Assembly: GCA_045605805.1 (NCBI GenBank)
Contig: JAZUQR010000026.1
Location: forward strand, 6,101-70,100
Length of the DNA: 64,000 bases
Direction: 5' to 3'
Origin: Alphaproteobacteria bacterium
GTDB lineage: Bacteria; Pseudomonadota; Alphaproteobacteria; CAAHEQ01; UBA3637
Numbering within the stretch: the stretch's first letter is position 1; each line of letters starts with the position of its first letter. The notes beneath the pieces were generated by a model, which searched no databases, had not been told where the DNA came from, and was given only the letters and a program-made list of their open reading frames with translations. Made by a program: the position numbers and the translations under genes. Below, piece by piece: positions 1 through 10,893 of this stretch.

Positions 1-1
1 T

Positions 2-1705
2 GCGGTCACATTGGCCACAGCCGTTTTCTTTTCGTCTATCAATGCTTTAACACTCAGTCCCGCCTTGTGCGCTATTTTTTTGAAAGAAAATAAAACCTCC
101 AATCAAACATGGACAAAAGTCTTTAATCAAGCCTTAGATAAAGGGGAAAACATATACACCAAAAGCGTTGGATATTTGTGCCGGCATATGAAAATATGTC
201 TGATAACAAGTGCCTGTGTTTTGTGCGTTGTAGGATGGTTGTTTATGCGCATTCCTCAAAACTTTATTCCCCAAGAAGATCAAGGGATGATATTGGCCAG
301 TGTTCAATTGCCATCTACTGCCTCAATCAATCAAACGCAAGAATTGCTGTATCAGATGTCTGCCAAAATACGACAAATGAAAGGGATAGAGTCTTTCATC
401 GGCATTTCTGGAAACAGTATGTTATCGGCAAGTGGGGAAAATATCGGTATGGCGGCCATCGTACTGCGCCCTTGGGAGGAACGGGATAAACAAAAATTAT
501 CAATGGACAAAATCTTGAATAACTTGAATAAGCTGTATGCCAAAAACCCTCAGGCACAAATCAATTTTTTTGCTATGCCATCCATCCCAGGGGTCGGCAA
601 CGCAGATGGCTTGACTTTTCAATTAAATGCAGTAGATGAAAAAATCACGCCATCCGAATTGGAAGCAAGTTTGCAAAAGGTGTTGCAGTTTATCAACAAC
701 AGTCCGCTGTTCAGTGTGGGATTTTCGCCTTTTACAGCCAACACCCCACATATTTATCTGGATATTGACAGAACAAAGTTGTCGGCCTATCAAGTGCCGC
801 TTGCTAATTTGTTGCAGGTTTTACAAAATAATCTTGGATCACGATATGTGAATAATTTTGTGCTAGACGGTCAAATCAATAAAGTGATTGTGCAAGCGGA
901 TTTTGATGCGCGTCAAAGTACAGAGCAGGTTGAAAAACTCTATGTGCCAAACACAAATGGGCAATTGATTCAAATCCAAAACTTTATGACAAAAAAAATT
1001 GTGTTTATGCCACAAATTATCTATCGTTTCAATCAATATCTCAGCGCAGGCATCAATGCCCAAACAGCCCCACGAATAAGCACAGGAGAGGGGATATCGG
1101 CCCTTGAAAACTTTAACCTTGACAAACAATTTAATTTGGCGTGGACAGGTCTGACTTTTCAAGAAGTGGAAACATCTGGCTTGGCCTTGATTTTAATCAG
1201 CTTGGCGGTTTTGTTTTCTTATCTGTTTTTGGTGGCCTTGTATGAAAGTTGGTGGATTGCTATGGCTGTTATTTTAACCAATGTCTTTGGCGTTTTGGGG
1301 GCCTTGTTGGGCTTAAAAATATCTGGACTTTCTTTAACAATTTATGCCCAGTTGGGGATTGTCATGTTGATTGGATTGGCAAGTAAGAACGCCATCTTGA
1401 TTGTTCAGTTTATTTTGGATAATCAACACGCAGGGATGGACAGAATCTCGGCCTCGTTAAAAGGTTCAGGCGAAAGATTTCGGGCTGTGGTGATGACCGC
1501 ATTGACCTTCATCTTGGGAACTTTCCCCATGGTTGTGGCCACAGGGGCAGGGGCAGCCAGCCAGCGTTCCATCGGGACAGTCGTATTCTGGGGAATGATT
1601 GTGGCAACCTGTGTGGGTATTGTGTTTGTGCCGGCCTATTTTGTGTTGTTTGATATCATTGCACAACAGTTCAGCAAAAAGAAAAAACAAATCATATCGG
1701 GGATA
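2..1705 (+). CDS. RND (AcrB/HAE1-type) efflux permease, C-terminal ~565 aa; 5' end outside window; no in-frame stop before the downstream OMF gene
   Basis: Multi-TM C-terminal half typical of RND pumps. Reading frame continues into next gene. Confidence 0.75.
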
Positions 1706-3100
1706 ATGTTTCTGATTACAGGAGCAGGGTTGTGTGCTTGTTCTGTGGGGCCGGATTATCAACAACCCACTTTCTTTTCGGACGAACAATTGCAACAGGC
1801 CTTGAACACAGTGCCAAGCAAATCATCGGATAAAATAAATGAAAAATTATTTGACAATACATTAAAAACATTGTGGAAAAAAGCCCAAGAAAATAACCCT
1901 ACATTAAAAAGTGCCTTGTGGCGTTTGCATCAATCTCGGGCCAGTGTGAAAATTGCCAAAGCCGGTTTGTTGCCACAATTAGATGCTGCCGCCCAATATC
2001 AAGCCGTCACAGACAGCAAAAATATGGGGCTGATAATGGAAGACAGTTATTATATGATAGGGTTGGATGCGGCGTGGGAGTTAGATTTGTTCGGAGGCAA
2101 AAGACGCCGCATAGAAGCCGAAAAAGCCAATTTGAAACAAGCCTTATATGCAGTTCAAAATACCTTTTTGTCGTTGAATGCAGAAGTGGCAAGATTATAC
2201 ATTCAAGCCCGTACCACAGATGAATTGTTGCGTCAAACAAAAGAAAATATCCGCTTACAAACTGAAATGACAAAGTTGGTGGCCGATAAAAAAGAAACAG
2301 GGCTGGCAAGCCAATTGTCGTTGGAGCAGGCTCTGTATCTGTTAAAAAATACAACAGCCCAGTTAGCCCAACTAGTTTATCAAAAAGAAGAAGCTGAAAA
2401 TGCCTTATCATTAGTGTTGGGGGAATTGCCGGGCAGTGTAAAAGAATTGTTGGCCCAAGAAAAAGAAACACTTCTCAGTCGTCCCTTTGATTTTGATTTG
2501 AACGAAATCACGGCTGTGTCCGCCTCGGTTTTACGCCACCGTCCAGATGTAAAGTCGGCCGAAGAAGCCCTGATCGCCCAAAATGCCATGATAGGTGTGG
2601 CAGTTTCTCAAATGTTCCCACAAATTAAACTCTCCGCCTTGTTTGGTTTGGAAGCATTGGATTGGAATGATGTTTGGAAAAATAACAGTTTTACAAAAAA
2701 TATCATACCGTCTGTCACCACGCCGATTTTTCATTTTGGGGCGTTAAAAGAAAATGTGAATATCCAAAAAGCCATCAAAGAGGAACGATTGGCTGATTAT
2801 GAACAGGCCTTATTGAATGCTGCCAACGAAGTGAAAAACGCTATCACCGCATTGTTTCAAGAACGCCTGCGTTATCAGGCTTTGCAAGAAACCTTTAATC
2901 ATGCGGATAAAGTGGCTCAATTGATGCAGAATAAATATAAAAATGGATTGATAGAATACACCCAAGTGCTTCAATCAGAACAAAACCGACTTCAAGCGCA
3001 AAGCGAAATGATACAATCAGCCGGCACATTATATGCCAATTTGATTCACTTTTATAAAGCAATCGGAAAAGATTTGAACTTTAAGGAAGGGCAAAACTAA
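1706..3100 (+). CDS. Outer-membrane efflux factor lipoprotein (NodT/OprM family)
   Basis: N-terminal 'LITGAGLCAC' lipoprotein-like signal, two coiled-coil/beta-barrel repeat halves typical of OMF; follows RND gene. Confidence 0.75.
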   Translation: MFLITGAGLCACSVGPDYQQPTFFSDEQLQQALNTVPSKSSDKINEKLFDNTLKTLWKKAQENNPTLKSALWRLHQSRASVKIAKAGLLPQLDAAAQYQAVTDSKNMGLIMEDSYYMIGLDAAWELDLFGGKRRRIEAEKANLKQALYAVQNTFLSLNAEVARLYIQARTTDELLRQTKENIRLQTEMTKLVADKKETGLASQLSLEQALYLLKNTTAQLAQLVYQKEEAENALSLVLGELPGSVKELLAQEKETLLSRPFDFDLNEITAVSASVLRHRPDVKSAEEALIAQNAMIGVAVSQMFPQIKLSALFGLEALDWNDVWKNNSFTKNIIPSVTTPIFHFGALKENVNIQKAIKEERLADYEQALLNAANEVKNAITALFQERLRYQALQETFNHADKVAQLMQNKYKNGLIEYTQVLQSEQNRLQAQSEMIQSAGTLYANLIHFYKAIGKDLNFKEGQN

Positions 3101-3321
3101 TCGGCTTTTTTAACAAATAAATTGCAATGACAATGTCCCATTTCGGCCACTTCCTGTGCATGTTCGGCACAAGGACAAAGTCCCCGAGATTGATCACATG
3201 GGCAATTTCCGTTGCAGGCTGTTAAACAGCGTTTCAAAATCTTGTCCGCAAAAGGCGATAATTCCCACCCCTTCGCTTCGGCATATAAAGCCACAGCATG
3301 CTTAAAATGTTCAATTTCCAT
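3097..3321 (-). CDS. Small Cys-rich protein with CPC...CPC...CHC motifs (ferredoxin-thioredoxin-reductase catalytic-subunit-like)
   Basis: 'NGNCPCDQSRGLCPCAEH...GHCHC' spacing matches FTR catalytic chain motif. Confidence 0.45.
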   Translation of the reverse strand: MEIEHFKHAVALYAEAKGWELSPFADKILKRCLTACNGNCPCDQSRGLCPCAEHAQEVAEMGHCHCNLFVKKAD

Positions 3322-3341
3322 AAATTATTCTCCTTTGTTGA

Positions 3342-3959
3342 TTACATCTGGAAGTATTCTACCATAAGAACCTGAGCCATAGCAAGGATAAAAGCGGAAA
3401 AAATACCGGCAGTCACATCATCCATCATCACGCCCACAGGGTTTTTGCGTCTGTCCCAAAAGGCCACAGCACCCCATTTGAAAATATCAAAAAAGCGGAA
3501 TAAAACAAAGCCGGCAATCAACATCGGCCAATGCATAAAGTCGGAAATAACAATTGAAAAAGTAATCAGTTGTCCCACCACTTCGTCAATAATCACTTCT
3601 GATGGGTCTTTTTCTTTTTTATCGGCCGTATATTGTTGAATAGCTTTGATGCCAACAATAGCCAAAACAAAAGTCAAAATCCACAACATAGTAATACTGT
3701 ATCTGTTTAAGATATAAGCAATCGGTAAGGCTACCAAAGAACCAATTGTCCCAGCACCCTTTGGGAATAAACCGATTTTCCACAAAGTAGCTAATGGTGC
3801 CAAAGAAAAGCCCTTAGGGGCTGTTTGAAGTTGAGGTGTGGCACTCTTGTGGGATACAGAGCCACTTTTCACCCCAGTTGTTGCGGTTGCCTTTGCGGCC
3901 ACAGATTTTTTAGTCATAGGTTGTTTTTTTTGATTTTTTTTCTTTGAAACGGCCATCAT
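3342..3959 (-). CDS. pgpA: Phosphatidylglycerophosphatase A with Lys-rich N-terminal extension
   Basis: PgpA-family membrane core 'FWDRRKNPVGVMMDDVTAG'. Confidence 0.7.
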   Translation of the reverse strand: MMAVSKKKNQKKQPMTKKSVAAKATATTGVKSGSVSHKSATPQLQTAPKGFSLAPLATLWKIGLFPKGAGTIGSLVALPIAYILNRYSITMLWILTFVLAIVGIKAIQQYTADKKEKDPSEVIIDEVVGQLITFSIVISDFMHWPMLIAGFVLFRFFDIFKWGAVAFWDRRKNPVGVMMDDVTAGIFSAFILAMAQVLMVEYFQM

Positions 3960-3969
3960 ATCCTCCTTC

Positions 3970-5202
3970 TTATTGTTCGTCTAAGCTATCTGGTTTATCT
4001 GTATTATGTTCTTCTTCCTCTGCTTCTTCATCTTCATCTTCATCAAATGGAACATCGGGGAAGATAGAAAAATGTTTTTTCAGCAGTTGATGAAAGGTTG
4101 TCACATGCTCACCTTCATCTGCTTGATATTTTACCAAATAAATATGATTTTGCAACAAATAATTCACAACAGAGTCATAATTTTGAATAGACCCACGCAT
4201 CAGCAAAATTGTTGGAATAATAGAGGCATCAGGTTCAAGTTTTTCCAACAAAGCAGCTTGCTTCAAAACGGTGGCACCAATCGTTAAAGTTTCACCAATT
4301 TCATTGCGCCAAACCGAGTTTTCAATCGGGCTTGAAATATCCACCACCCAATTATGAGCTTCGCTTAAAAGTTTGCAAATCACAGCATCATTGTCTGAGG
4401 AATAAACCAAGTCAATAATTTGCCCTTCCAAAGCCACTTTCTTAAACACCGCCATATCCAGTGTGTCATCAATGTGCATCAGGCTTTCAATGTCTTGTGC
4501 TTTTTGTGAGACCGAGCTTGTACCAACAGAGGCTGTGGATACTCCAGCCACAGGACTTGCGGATACAGGCGAAACAGGGGGCAATCCCCCCCCTAAGGCA
4601 GCACCCGCTTGTATTGGGGGAGAGGAGCTGGGGGAAGCAACCGCTGGGTGCATAGGTGAAGTTTGAACACTCATGGGCTTTGGCGGTGTCAAAGTTGTTT
4701 TCGGATGTACACTGGGTACGGCAGGGGCAACAGGAGCTTGCGATGGCGAAGGAACGGTCACAGCTTCAACAGGTTTAGAAACAGAAGGAGATTGAAAAGA
4801 CTCAGAAGTCCCTGATTCAATTGGTCCCTGTTGGGATGGTTGTATCACAGAGTCAACTTGTCCCTGTACAGCCAAAGCCGGTTGCGCAACAGGTTCTGCA
4901 TGGGATTGGGGTGGTACAGCAGTTGCAGGGGTACTTACCCCCTCCATGTGTTTTGTGGTGACTTGTGAAACAACAGGTGTGGCCTGTGTGGGGGAATGGA
5001 AAAAGTGATGGCATAATTTAATCCAATAAAAAAGCCAACAGGCCGATAAAAATCCACCAAAGAAAAAGCCAAGAACATATTTGGATGTCCAGTTAATCTT
5101 CTGTAAAAAGGTTAAACCAAAAGCCGAACTTAAAAAATAGGCAGCAAAAATCTCTATCCCAATCCCTAATGCACCGGCGAAAAGACTAAACTTCCAAGAC
5201 AT
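3970..5202 (-). CDS. Hypothetical membrane protein: N-terminal TM helices, long Pro/Ser/Ala/Val-rich linker, C-terminal globular domain with acidic tail
   Basis: Long ORF. Compositional domain structure visible in translation. Confidence 0.5.
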   Translation of the reverse strand: MSWKFSLFAGALGIGIEIFAAYFLSSAFGLTFLQKINWTSKYVLGFFFGGFLSACWLFYWIKLCHHFFHSPTQATPVVSQVTTKHMEGVSTPATAVPPQSHAEPVAQPALAVQGQVDSVIQPSQQGPIESGTSESFQSPSVSKPVEAVTVPSPSQAPVAPAVPSVHPKTTLTPPKPMSVQTSPMHPAVASPSSSPPIQAGAALGGGLPPVSPVSASPVAGVSTASVGTSSVSQKAQDIESLMHIDDTLDMAVFKKVALEGQIIDLVYSSDNDAVICKLLSEAHNWVVDISSPIENSVWRNEIGETLTIGATVLKQAALLEKLEPDASIIPTILLMRGSIQNYDSVVNYLLQNHIYLVKYQADEGEHVTTFHQLLKKHFSIFPDVPFDEDEDEEAEEEEHNTDKPDSLDEQ

Positions 5203-5232
5203 CCTTTTATCCCCCCTTATTGCTCGGCTGTT

Positions 5233-7596
5233 TTAGCGTTGGCGCCCCTTAAATGTGAGAAGAAGATGCTCGGTCTCTTGCAGCTCAGTCAATTGGTCCT
5301 GAAGCGTTATCGGGCCTCCATTTTTAAGTTGCTCAAACTTCTTAGAAGCTTTTTCAAAACGGTCATTCAATAATTGCTGTTCAGGGATCAGTACACCTTT
5401 TTTAGCAGAATACCATTTGCCATCCTTTTGGGTAAAAGTTCTTATGTTTCCGCTGTTTAGTTGCATTGTAATTGACTTATTCTTAAGATCATAGGAACAA
5501 AACCCTTCACTCTTATTTTCTTTGCTGTCATAGCTAAAAGTAATGGTTTTGCTTTTCAAATCCACCTCAGTAGTAAAGGTTGTCTGCTCCCTCTCTTTCT
5601 GCATTGTGATAAGATTTTCTGCCTCGTTCTCCGTTTCATCGGCAATACCTTTACCGGATTTCCGTTCTGCTCCCAAAAGAGTCAAAGCCTGTAAAGCCTC
5701 GGCCGGCATAATTTTTGTTTCGGACAAAAGCTTAAACATATCTGCATTTTTGGCGTCAGCCAACATATCCGCCAAATAGTCATTCATTTGCTTGCCAAGA
5801 TCAGGATATTGCGCCTGTAAATCCGCCAATTTATCCATCCCTTTGAAATTGGGGTCGTTCCAAATGGCTTCCAATTTTTCGGCAAAATCCCTCATTTCAG
5901 GATGTTGTTTGGAATCTCGGTACAGACTCTTCAAATACATCTGTTGAAATTGCAATATAGCAGCGGCCGAATTCATCAACCCCAATACATGGGCATCTTG
6001 TGGGGCAAGTTGCGCATTGCCCTTCATCAAGGCTTCCAAACTGACACCGGCGTTTAATGCCTGTTGCAGGTCATAACCACCAATCATAATGTTTGCACCG
6101 TTTTGGTTGCCAAAGTTAAGATTGCTGCCAATCACAGGGCCATAGATATTGATAACAGTGCCGTTTCCGCCATTACCGCCATTTCCACCATTTCCACCAT
6201 TACCGCCATTGGGATTATTCTCATCTGATGGGTTATTACCAGCGTTATTATGAAACGGCTCTTTTGAATCCCACTTACCCCATTTATCTTCACTCAAACG
6301 CAGGTTGCGATTTTTAACCCATTCATCAAAGTTTGCCATCATAGTGGCCAGATTTTGCAAAGGCATCAACAAAAGGCCTTCACAAAAAGTAGCACCCATA
6401 TCCAATGGATCTGCCTTGGATAAAACATTCTTTTGATAAGAATCCCAAGTTTTTTCCCAACTTTTGGCAACAACATCGTTCAAGAAAGAATCCAACCCCA
6501 CATAATTGGAAGAAGATTTGGCAGGGGAAGCATTTTTTGTTAAAGCGTTTTTCAACGCATCAGAATGTTCGGGTTTAAGTTTTAAGCCAACAATTGTATC
6601 ACCATCTTTGTCAACAATATTGTCAGCAGTCACACCGCCACCAATGGTACCAACGATGTCTTTGACGATTTTGTCTTTCAAGCTATCAGGGAGGTCTTTC
6701 AAACTAAACTTTGTTTCGCCAGAATCCCAACCTTTATAATTATTTTTGTCTTTGTGTTTGTTGTATAAAGGAACAGCCCCCTCCAACCCCTTTTCCGCCA
6801 AGTCGTTGACAATAGGTTGCAGTTGTGTTTTCAACGCTTTAGGCGCTTCGGCAAGATTGTTGGTTCTTCTTTTAATGGCAGACAGTGCCTCATTCAAAGC
6901 GTCTTTTGCAGTCGTATCGCCATCTTGAAAAGCCTGAATACGGTTTGTATCGGTCAATATCTCCATCATCTTTTTCAGATCAATATCTTTATCGGACGTT
7001 TCAGGAGAATCGGATTCACGGTCATTAGAAGGTTCAGACTCGGCGGCCTCGTTATAAGCGGTTTGTAATTTCTTAAAGGCCTCCGACATCAAGCTCAAAT
7101 CTGTATTGCCTTCGTTTTTATACTCCTCCAAAGTTTTAGTTTCCCCAATACTTTTCATAATATCGTCCCAAACCTTTTGCACTAAAAGTGGGGGCAGATT
7201 GTCTATATTATCAAACCCTTCCAAAAGGTAATAGTCGTCAGGGTCTCCTGGTATTTGTTTAAATTTGCTCAAATCTTTATGTTTTGTGTAATGTTTAAGA
7301 GCCTCAGGAAAACGTTCGCCAAAATCTTGTTCGGCAATTTTATGAATTATTTCTAAGGCCTGATCCTTTTCGTCCGAGGGCTCTGCGTCGTTAACTTTTT
7401 GTGCCAAAAGTTTAATAGCTGTGTTATAAGAAGTTTTTAGAGCATCATCATCAGAGTTTAGTGCATCGACAGAGTTATCTCTAAGATAATCTGTCAAGTC
7501 ATCATCAGAGTTTAGCACATTGTTAAAGTTATCATTAAGATAATCTGTCAATTCTGCAATGCTGTCTTCCTCTAATTTGTTTGGACCAAGAGTCAT
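5233..7596 (-). CDS. Large hypothetical protein (787 aa) with N-terminal 'LTDYL.DN' duplications and a (GGN)n repeat; no signal peptide
   Basis: Long ORF with a strong consensus promoter upstream. Confidence 0.55.
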   Translation of the reverse strand: MTLGPNKLEEDSIAELTDYLNDNFNNVLNSDDDLTDYLRDNSVDALNSDDDALKTSYNTAIKLLAQKVNDAEPSDEKDQALEIIHKIAEQDFGERFPEALKHYTKHKDLSKFKQIPGDPDDYYLLEGFDNIDNLPPLLVQKVWDDIMKSIGETKTLEEYKNEGNTDLSLMSEAFKKLQTAYNEAAESEPSNDRESDSPETSDKDIDLKKMMEILTDTNRIQAFQDGDTTAKDALNEALSAIKRRTNNLAEAPKALKTQLQPIVNDLAEKGLEGAVPLYNKHKDKNNYKGWDSGETKFSLKDLPDSLKDKIVKDIVGTIGGGVTADNIVDKDGDTIVGLKLKPEHSDALKNALTKNASPAKSSSNYVGLDSFLNDVVAKSWEKTWDSYQKNVLSKADPLDMGATFCEGLLLMPLQNLATMMANFDEWVKNRNLRLSEDKWGKWDSKEPFHNNAGNNPSDENNPNGGNGGNGGNGGNGGNGTVINIYGPVIGSNLNFGNQNGANIMIGGYDLQQALNAGVSLEALMKGNAQLAPQDAHVLGLMNSAAAILQFQQMYLKSLYRDSKQHPEMRDFAEKLEAIWNDPNFKGMDKLADLQAQYPDLGKQMNDYLADMLADAKNADMFKLLSETKIMPAEALQALTLLGAERKSGKGIADETENEAENLITMQKEREQTTFTTEVDLKSKTITFSYDSKENKSEGFCSYDLKNKSITMQLNSGNIRTFTQKDGKWYSAKKGVLIPEQQLLNDRFEKASKKFEQLKNGGPITLQDQLTELQETEHLLLTFKGRQR

Positions 7597-7632
7597 AGGT
7601 TTCCTCCTTAAAAACAGTTATTTCTACTAACA

Positions 7633-7670
7633 ATTATACCATGCTTTAAGGTGATGTCAACAAAATAATG
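7633..7670 (-). promoter_or_regulatory. Sigma70-like promoter for the 787-aa gene (TTGACA-16-TATAAT on minus strand)
   Basis: Reverse complement reads ttgacatcaccttaaagcatggtataat ~40 nt upstream of RBS aaggagg. Confidence 0.5.
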
Positions 7671-7690
7671 CATAAAAAAATAAAAAATGT

Positions 7691-7719
7691 TGATTTTTGA
7701 AAAAAAGATTGGTAAGCTG
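7691..7719 (+). promoter_or_regulatory. Putative divergent promoter (TTGATT-17-TAAGCT) for the plus-strand membrane-protein operon
   Basis: -35/-10-like hexamers with 17-nt spacer upstream of RBS aagggggt and ATG at 7748. Confidence 0.35.
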
Positions 7720-7747
7720 AAAAAAAGTTGTAAAACAAGGGGGTTTT

Positions 7748-9553
7748 ATGAAGAAAAAACAATGGATGCTTCTTTGCTTTTTGGGAATCTTATTTTTTGC
7801 AAAAACGGCCTGTGCGGCAATTGTATATAAAGCAACATTGGCTGCCTATAATGCCATAGATAACGGCTGTTGGTTTTGTGGTGTTTTTGGAACCCTGTTT
7901 GATGTTATGAATGATATCACAACCAATATGTGTGAAGATATGCAAGGCACATTTTTGATGTTACTTGGTTTGTTTATGTTGTTTTGGTTGGCGATGCGGG
8001 TGGGTAAAGTCGTGTTGGATATTTCTCCCAATCCAGACACTTCTTTTGTGCCGGATTTGCTCAAACAAATACTGAAAGTCACAGCGGCTTCCTTGTTGAT
8101 TTCTGGATATATTTATGTGTTTCATAATGTCATAGGTCCTGCTTTGGAATTGAGTATTGGTGTTGGGAATCGGATAATGATGATGCAAGACCCTGGAACA
8201 ATTGTTGAGGCCAGTCGGACAAGTGCCCAAGGGACTGTAGCAAGCACAGAAAAGAGTATCTGTCAGGAGTTACATGATGCAATGGAAGAGGCAAAAAGTC
8301 AAAACGACACCGAAGGAGACAAGGCCTTTTCAAAGGTGACCAAAGAGGCCTTCTTGTGCTATATCAGAACGGCCAGTGCCGCTATGATAAACGGCATGGC
8401 GTTGGGCATAACGGCAGCACTGTCGTGGTATGAGATGAATTTTTGGAATAAATTTACTCATTTTGACATAATACTTGTGGGTACAACCCTATATTGGTGT
8501 TTCTTTATGCTCTTTGTTTACTTTCCAGTGCAGTTGTTTGACCCATTATTAAACCTTGTTTTTGTGTCAGCTATGTACCCATTGTGGATGGTTTTGGCTG
8601 TTTTTAATTCGACAAAAGGCTATGCAAATAAAGCCAAAGATCTGTTTTTAAGCGTGTTGGTTCATTTGATTGTTATTTCTATTATAGGGATGTTGGCTAT
8701 TCAAGTAATGGGTTTTGCCTTGGGAACAGCTGCTGAACGTCATCAGATAGAGCAAGCATTGCTAAATGGTGCTTCTGCTGGCACAGTGTTTTCCAATATG
8801 GTAAATCAAAGAATATGGGTCGTGTTGGCTTTGGGAATTATGGCGTTCAACTTGATGAAACAAGCTCCCAAAATTGCCTCTAACTTCCAAGCAGGTGTCA
8901 GTATGGGTGGAAATGACGCCATGGGTCGTATAACAGGCAGTGCTTTGAAGCTAAGCACAAATGCGGCGGCAAGTGGGATATCTGCCGGTGCGCATGCGGT
9001 GCAAGGTGGTGTGTCAAGAATGGCTCAACGAAACGATGGGTTGGGACGAGTGGGGCGCAATCTGCAACGGGCAGGCGATGCAGCAACGGCCGCTGTCTCC
9101 ACAGGCTTAGCTATAAGTACATTCGGTATGCTTGGCACTTCCAGTGCAGCCACCTCTATAAGAAGATTGGCCAAAGGGCGATCACCTTTTTTGGATGGTA
9201 AAGAGATGAAGAATAGTAAAGGTGAGACCTACACATTTAACAGCAAAAAGAATATCATGGGCAAAAAGGATGCCCAGGGGAATGCGTATAAAATTGATAA
9301 TAATACCGGGGTATATGAATCACAGGATAAATACGGTAAAACGCTTGGAAAATATGATTCAAAACATCAAGAGGTCTCTTTGGATGGAAGGAATTATAAA
9401 ATTGTCGGGGGCACAGTGAAGACAATGGATGATAAAGCTGTGGGTAGCAGTATTGCTAACCGTGTGTTGCAATTCCAAAAAGAAGCTGAGGCTAACATAA
9501 ATCATGTGAATAGAGTATACGGTGCGCTGAAAAAAAAGGGAAAAATTAAATGA
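7748..9553 (+). CDS. Polytopic membrane protein with signal peptide and N-terminal CWFC motif (paralog 1 of 3)
   Basis: Signal peptide 'MKKKQWMLLCFLGILFFAKTACA', 'NGCWFCGVFGTLF' motif, many TM helices. Stop overlaps next start. Confidence 0.6.
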   Translation: MKKKQWMLLCFLGILFFAKTACAAIVYKATLAAYNAIDNGCWFCGVFGTLFDVMNDITTNMCEDMQGTFLMLLGLFMLFWLAMRVGKVVLDISPNPDTSFVPDLLKQILKVTAASLLISGYIYVFHNVIGPALELSIGVGNRIMMMQDPGTIVEASRTSAQGTVASTEKSICQELHDAMEEAKSQNDTEGDKAFSKVTKEAFLCYIRTASAAMINGMALGITAALSWYEMNFWNKFTHFDIILVGTTLYWCFFMLFVYFPVQLFDPLLNLVFVSAMYPLWMVLAVFNSTKGYANKAKDLFLSVLVHLIVISIIGMLAIQVMGFALGTAAERHQIEQALLNGASAGTVFSNMVNQRIWVVLALGIMAFNLMKQAPKIASNFQAGVSMGGNDAMGRITGSALKLSTNAAASGISAGAHAVQGGVSRMAQRNDGLGRVGRNLQRAGDAATAAVSTGLAISTFGMLGTSSAATSIRRLAKGRSPFLDGKEMKNSKGETYTFNSKKNIMGKKDAQGNAYKIDNNTGVYESQDKYGKTLGKYDSKHQEVSLDGRNYKIVGGTVKTMDDKAVGSSIANRVLQFQKEAEANINHVNRVYGALKKKGKIK

Positions 9554-10893
9554 AACAAATAACAAAAAACATTTTAACAATTGTTTTTTTGATACTTGTT
9601 TGTGTGGCACTTTCAGCATGTGAAGCACCCAAGTTTGACCCAAACGATGGAAGTGCTACAATTAAAAATTGCTGGACCTGTGCGATTTATGGCTCTGTTT
9701 TTAATTTTATCAATTCAGTTGTGAAGGACTCTGTTTCAACTTCACTGTCTGTTGCTCAATTCTTGTTGGGTGCAGGGTTGTTGTTGTTTTTGCTGAAACA
9801 AGTGGGGTCAATCATGATTTTTGCAAGTGAAGCAGACATGCAAAAAACCATGAAAGAAACGGGTTATACGATTTTGAAAGCCATGATAATCTCATTCATC
9901 ATTTACCGACAAGATTGGTTTATGCAAACAATCAAGGATGTGCTGATTTATCCAATTGGCAGTTTTATAATGATGATGGGCAATGCTGTTTTAGACAGTA
10001 TTCCAGAGAGCAGTTCCTATTTTAGCGGGGTTCAAGGCTTGTCAAAAGACGGTACAAGTTTGATAGAAATAGGGGGAAAATTAGTCCCATTTGATGAAAC
10101 AGCAAGCCTTTTTGGTGATATTGGGATTCAGGTTCAATATATAGTAGCTCGGCTTTTTGCTTCGTTCAAAGGTGGCTTTGATTTGGGAAAACGGATCATT
10201 CAAGAAGGGGATATATATGCTTGGGCAGTTGGCTTGTTCTTTATGTGGGAAGTGGCCGATATAATGTTTATTTTTCCATTTGCTTTTGTGGACGCATTCC
10301 TCATCTTGGTTCTTTATGTGACGCTGTTTCCCATTGCGTTGGCACTGTGGGTGTTTCCACAAACAAAGAAATATTTTTCAAAAGTTTTTCCCGCCCCGTT
10401 TATAAGCCCCTTTTTGGATATATTGTTTGGCATAATTATTGTGACGCTGATGATGAGCATGGCTCAAATCTATGGTGATGTGGGCTTAGGGAATCTGATG
10501 AGTGGAGAAGCACAAGTAAATCGTTCGGATATTGCAGAAGGGGCTGCCAATGGTAAGCCGAATGTAATTATCATGCTTTTGTTAATTATGTGTGTCAAAA
10601 AAATGGCATTGAATATTTCGGATTTCAGTGCTCAATTCGGGGGTGAAGCTGCCCCTGCTGGTCTGTTTGCAACATTAAAGAAAGTACAAGATACAGTGAA
10701 AAAAATCGTGGCCCAAGTTGCCTTGGCATTTGCTACCGGTGGTGGCAGTTTGGCCGCAACTGTGGCAAAAGAAGCCTCTAAAGAAGCAGCAAAACAAGCA
10801 ATGGCCGCCGCCGCTGAATCCATGAGTAAAGCGGCCCCCAAAAAGGAATTGAAAGATGAAGAGGCCGAAAAACCAAAACCGGAGGGCGCATGA
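9550..10893 (+). CDS. Polytopic membrane protein with CWTC motif (paralog 2 of 3)
   Basis: ATGA overlap with upstream gene. 'KNCWTCAIYGSVF' motif. Ala/Lys-rich C-terminal tail. Confidence 0.6.
   Translation: MKQITKNILTIVFLILVCVALSACEAPKFDPNDGSATIKNCWTCAIYGSVFNFINSVVKDSVSTSLSVAQFLLGAGLLLFLLKQVGSIMIFASEADMQKTMKETGYTILKAMIISFIIYRQDWFMQTIKDVLIYPIGSFIMMMGNAVLDSIPESSSYFSGVQGLSKDGTSLIEIGGKLVPFDETASLFGDIGIQVQYIVARLFASFKGGFDLGKRIIQEGDIYAWAVGLFFMWEVADIMFIFPFAFVDAFLILVLYVTLFPIALALWVFPQTKKYFSKVFPAPFISPFLDILFGIIIVTLMMSMAQIYGDVGLGNLMSGEAQVNRSDIAEGAANGKPNVIIMLLLIMCVKKMALNISDFSAQFGGEAAPAGLFATLKKVQDTVKKIVAQVALAFATGGGSLAATVAKEASKEAAKQAMAAAAESMSKAAPKKELKDEEAEKPKPEGA

Noticed and set aside
1466-1795. 109-aa His/Cys-rich minus-strand ORF
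   Set aside because: It lies inside the RND permease coding region on the opposite strand.
6160-6220. Possible CRISPR-like short repeats
   Set aside because: These are in-frame GGN coding repeats inside a long ORF. There are no spacers and no cas genes.
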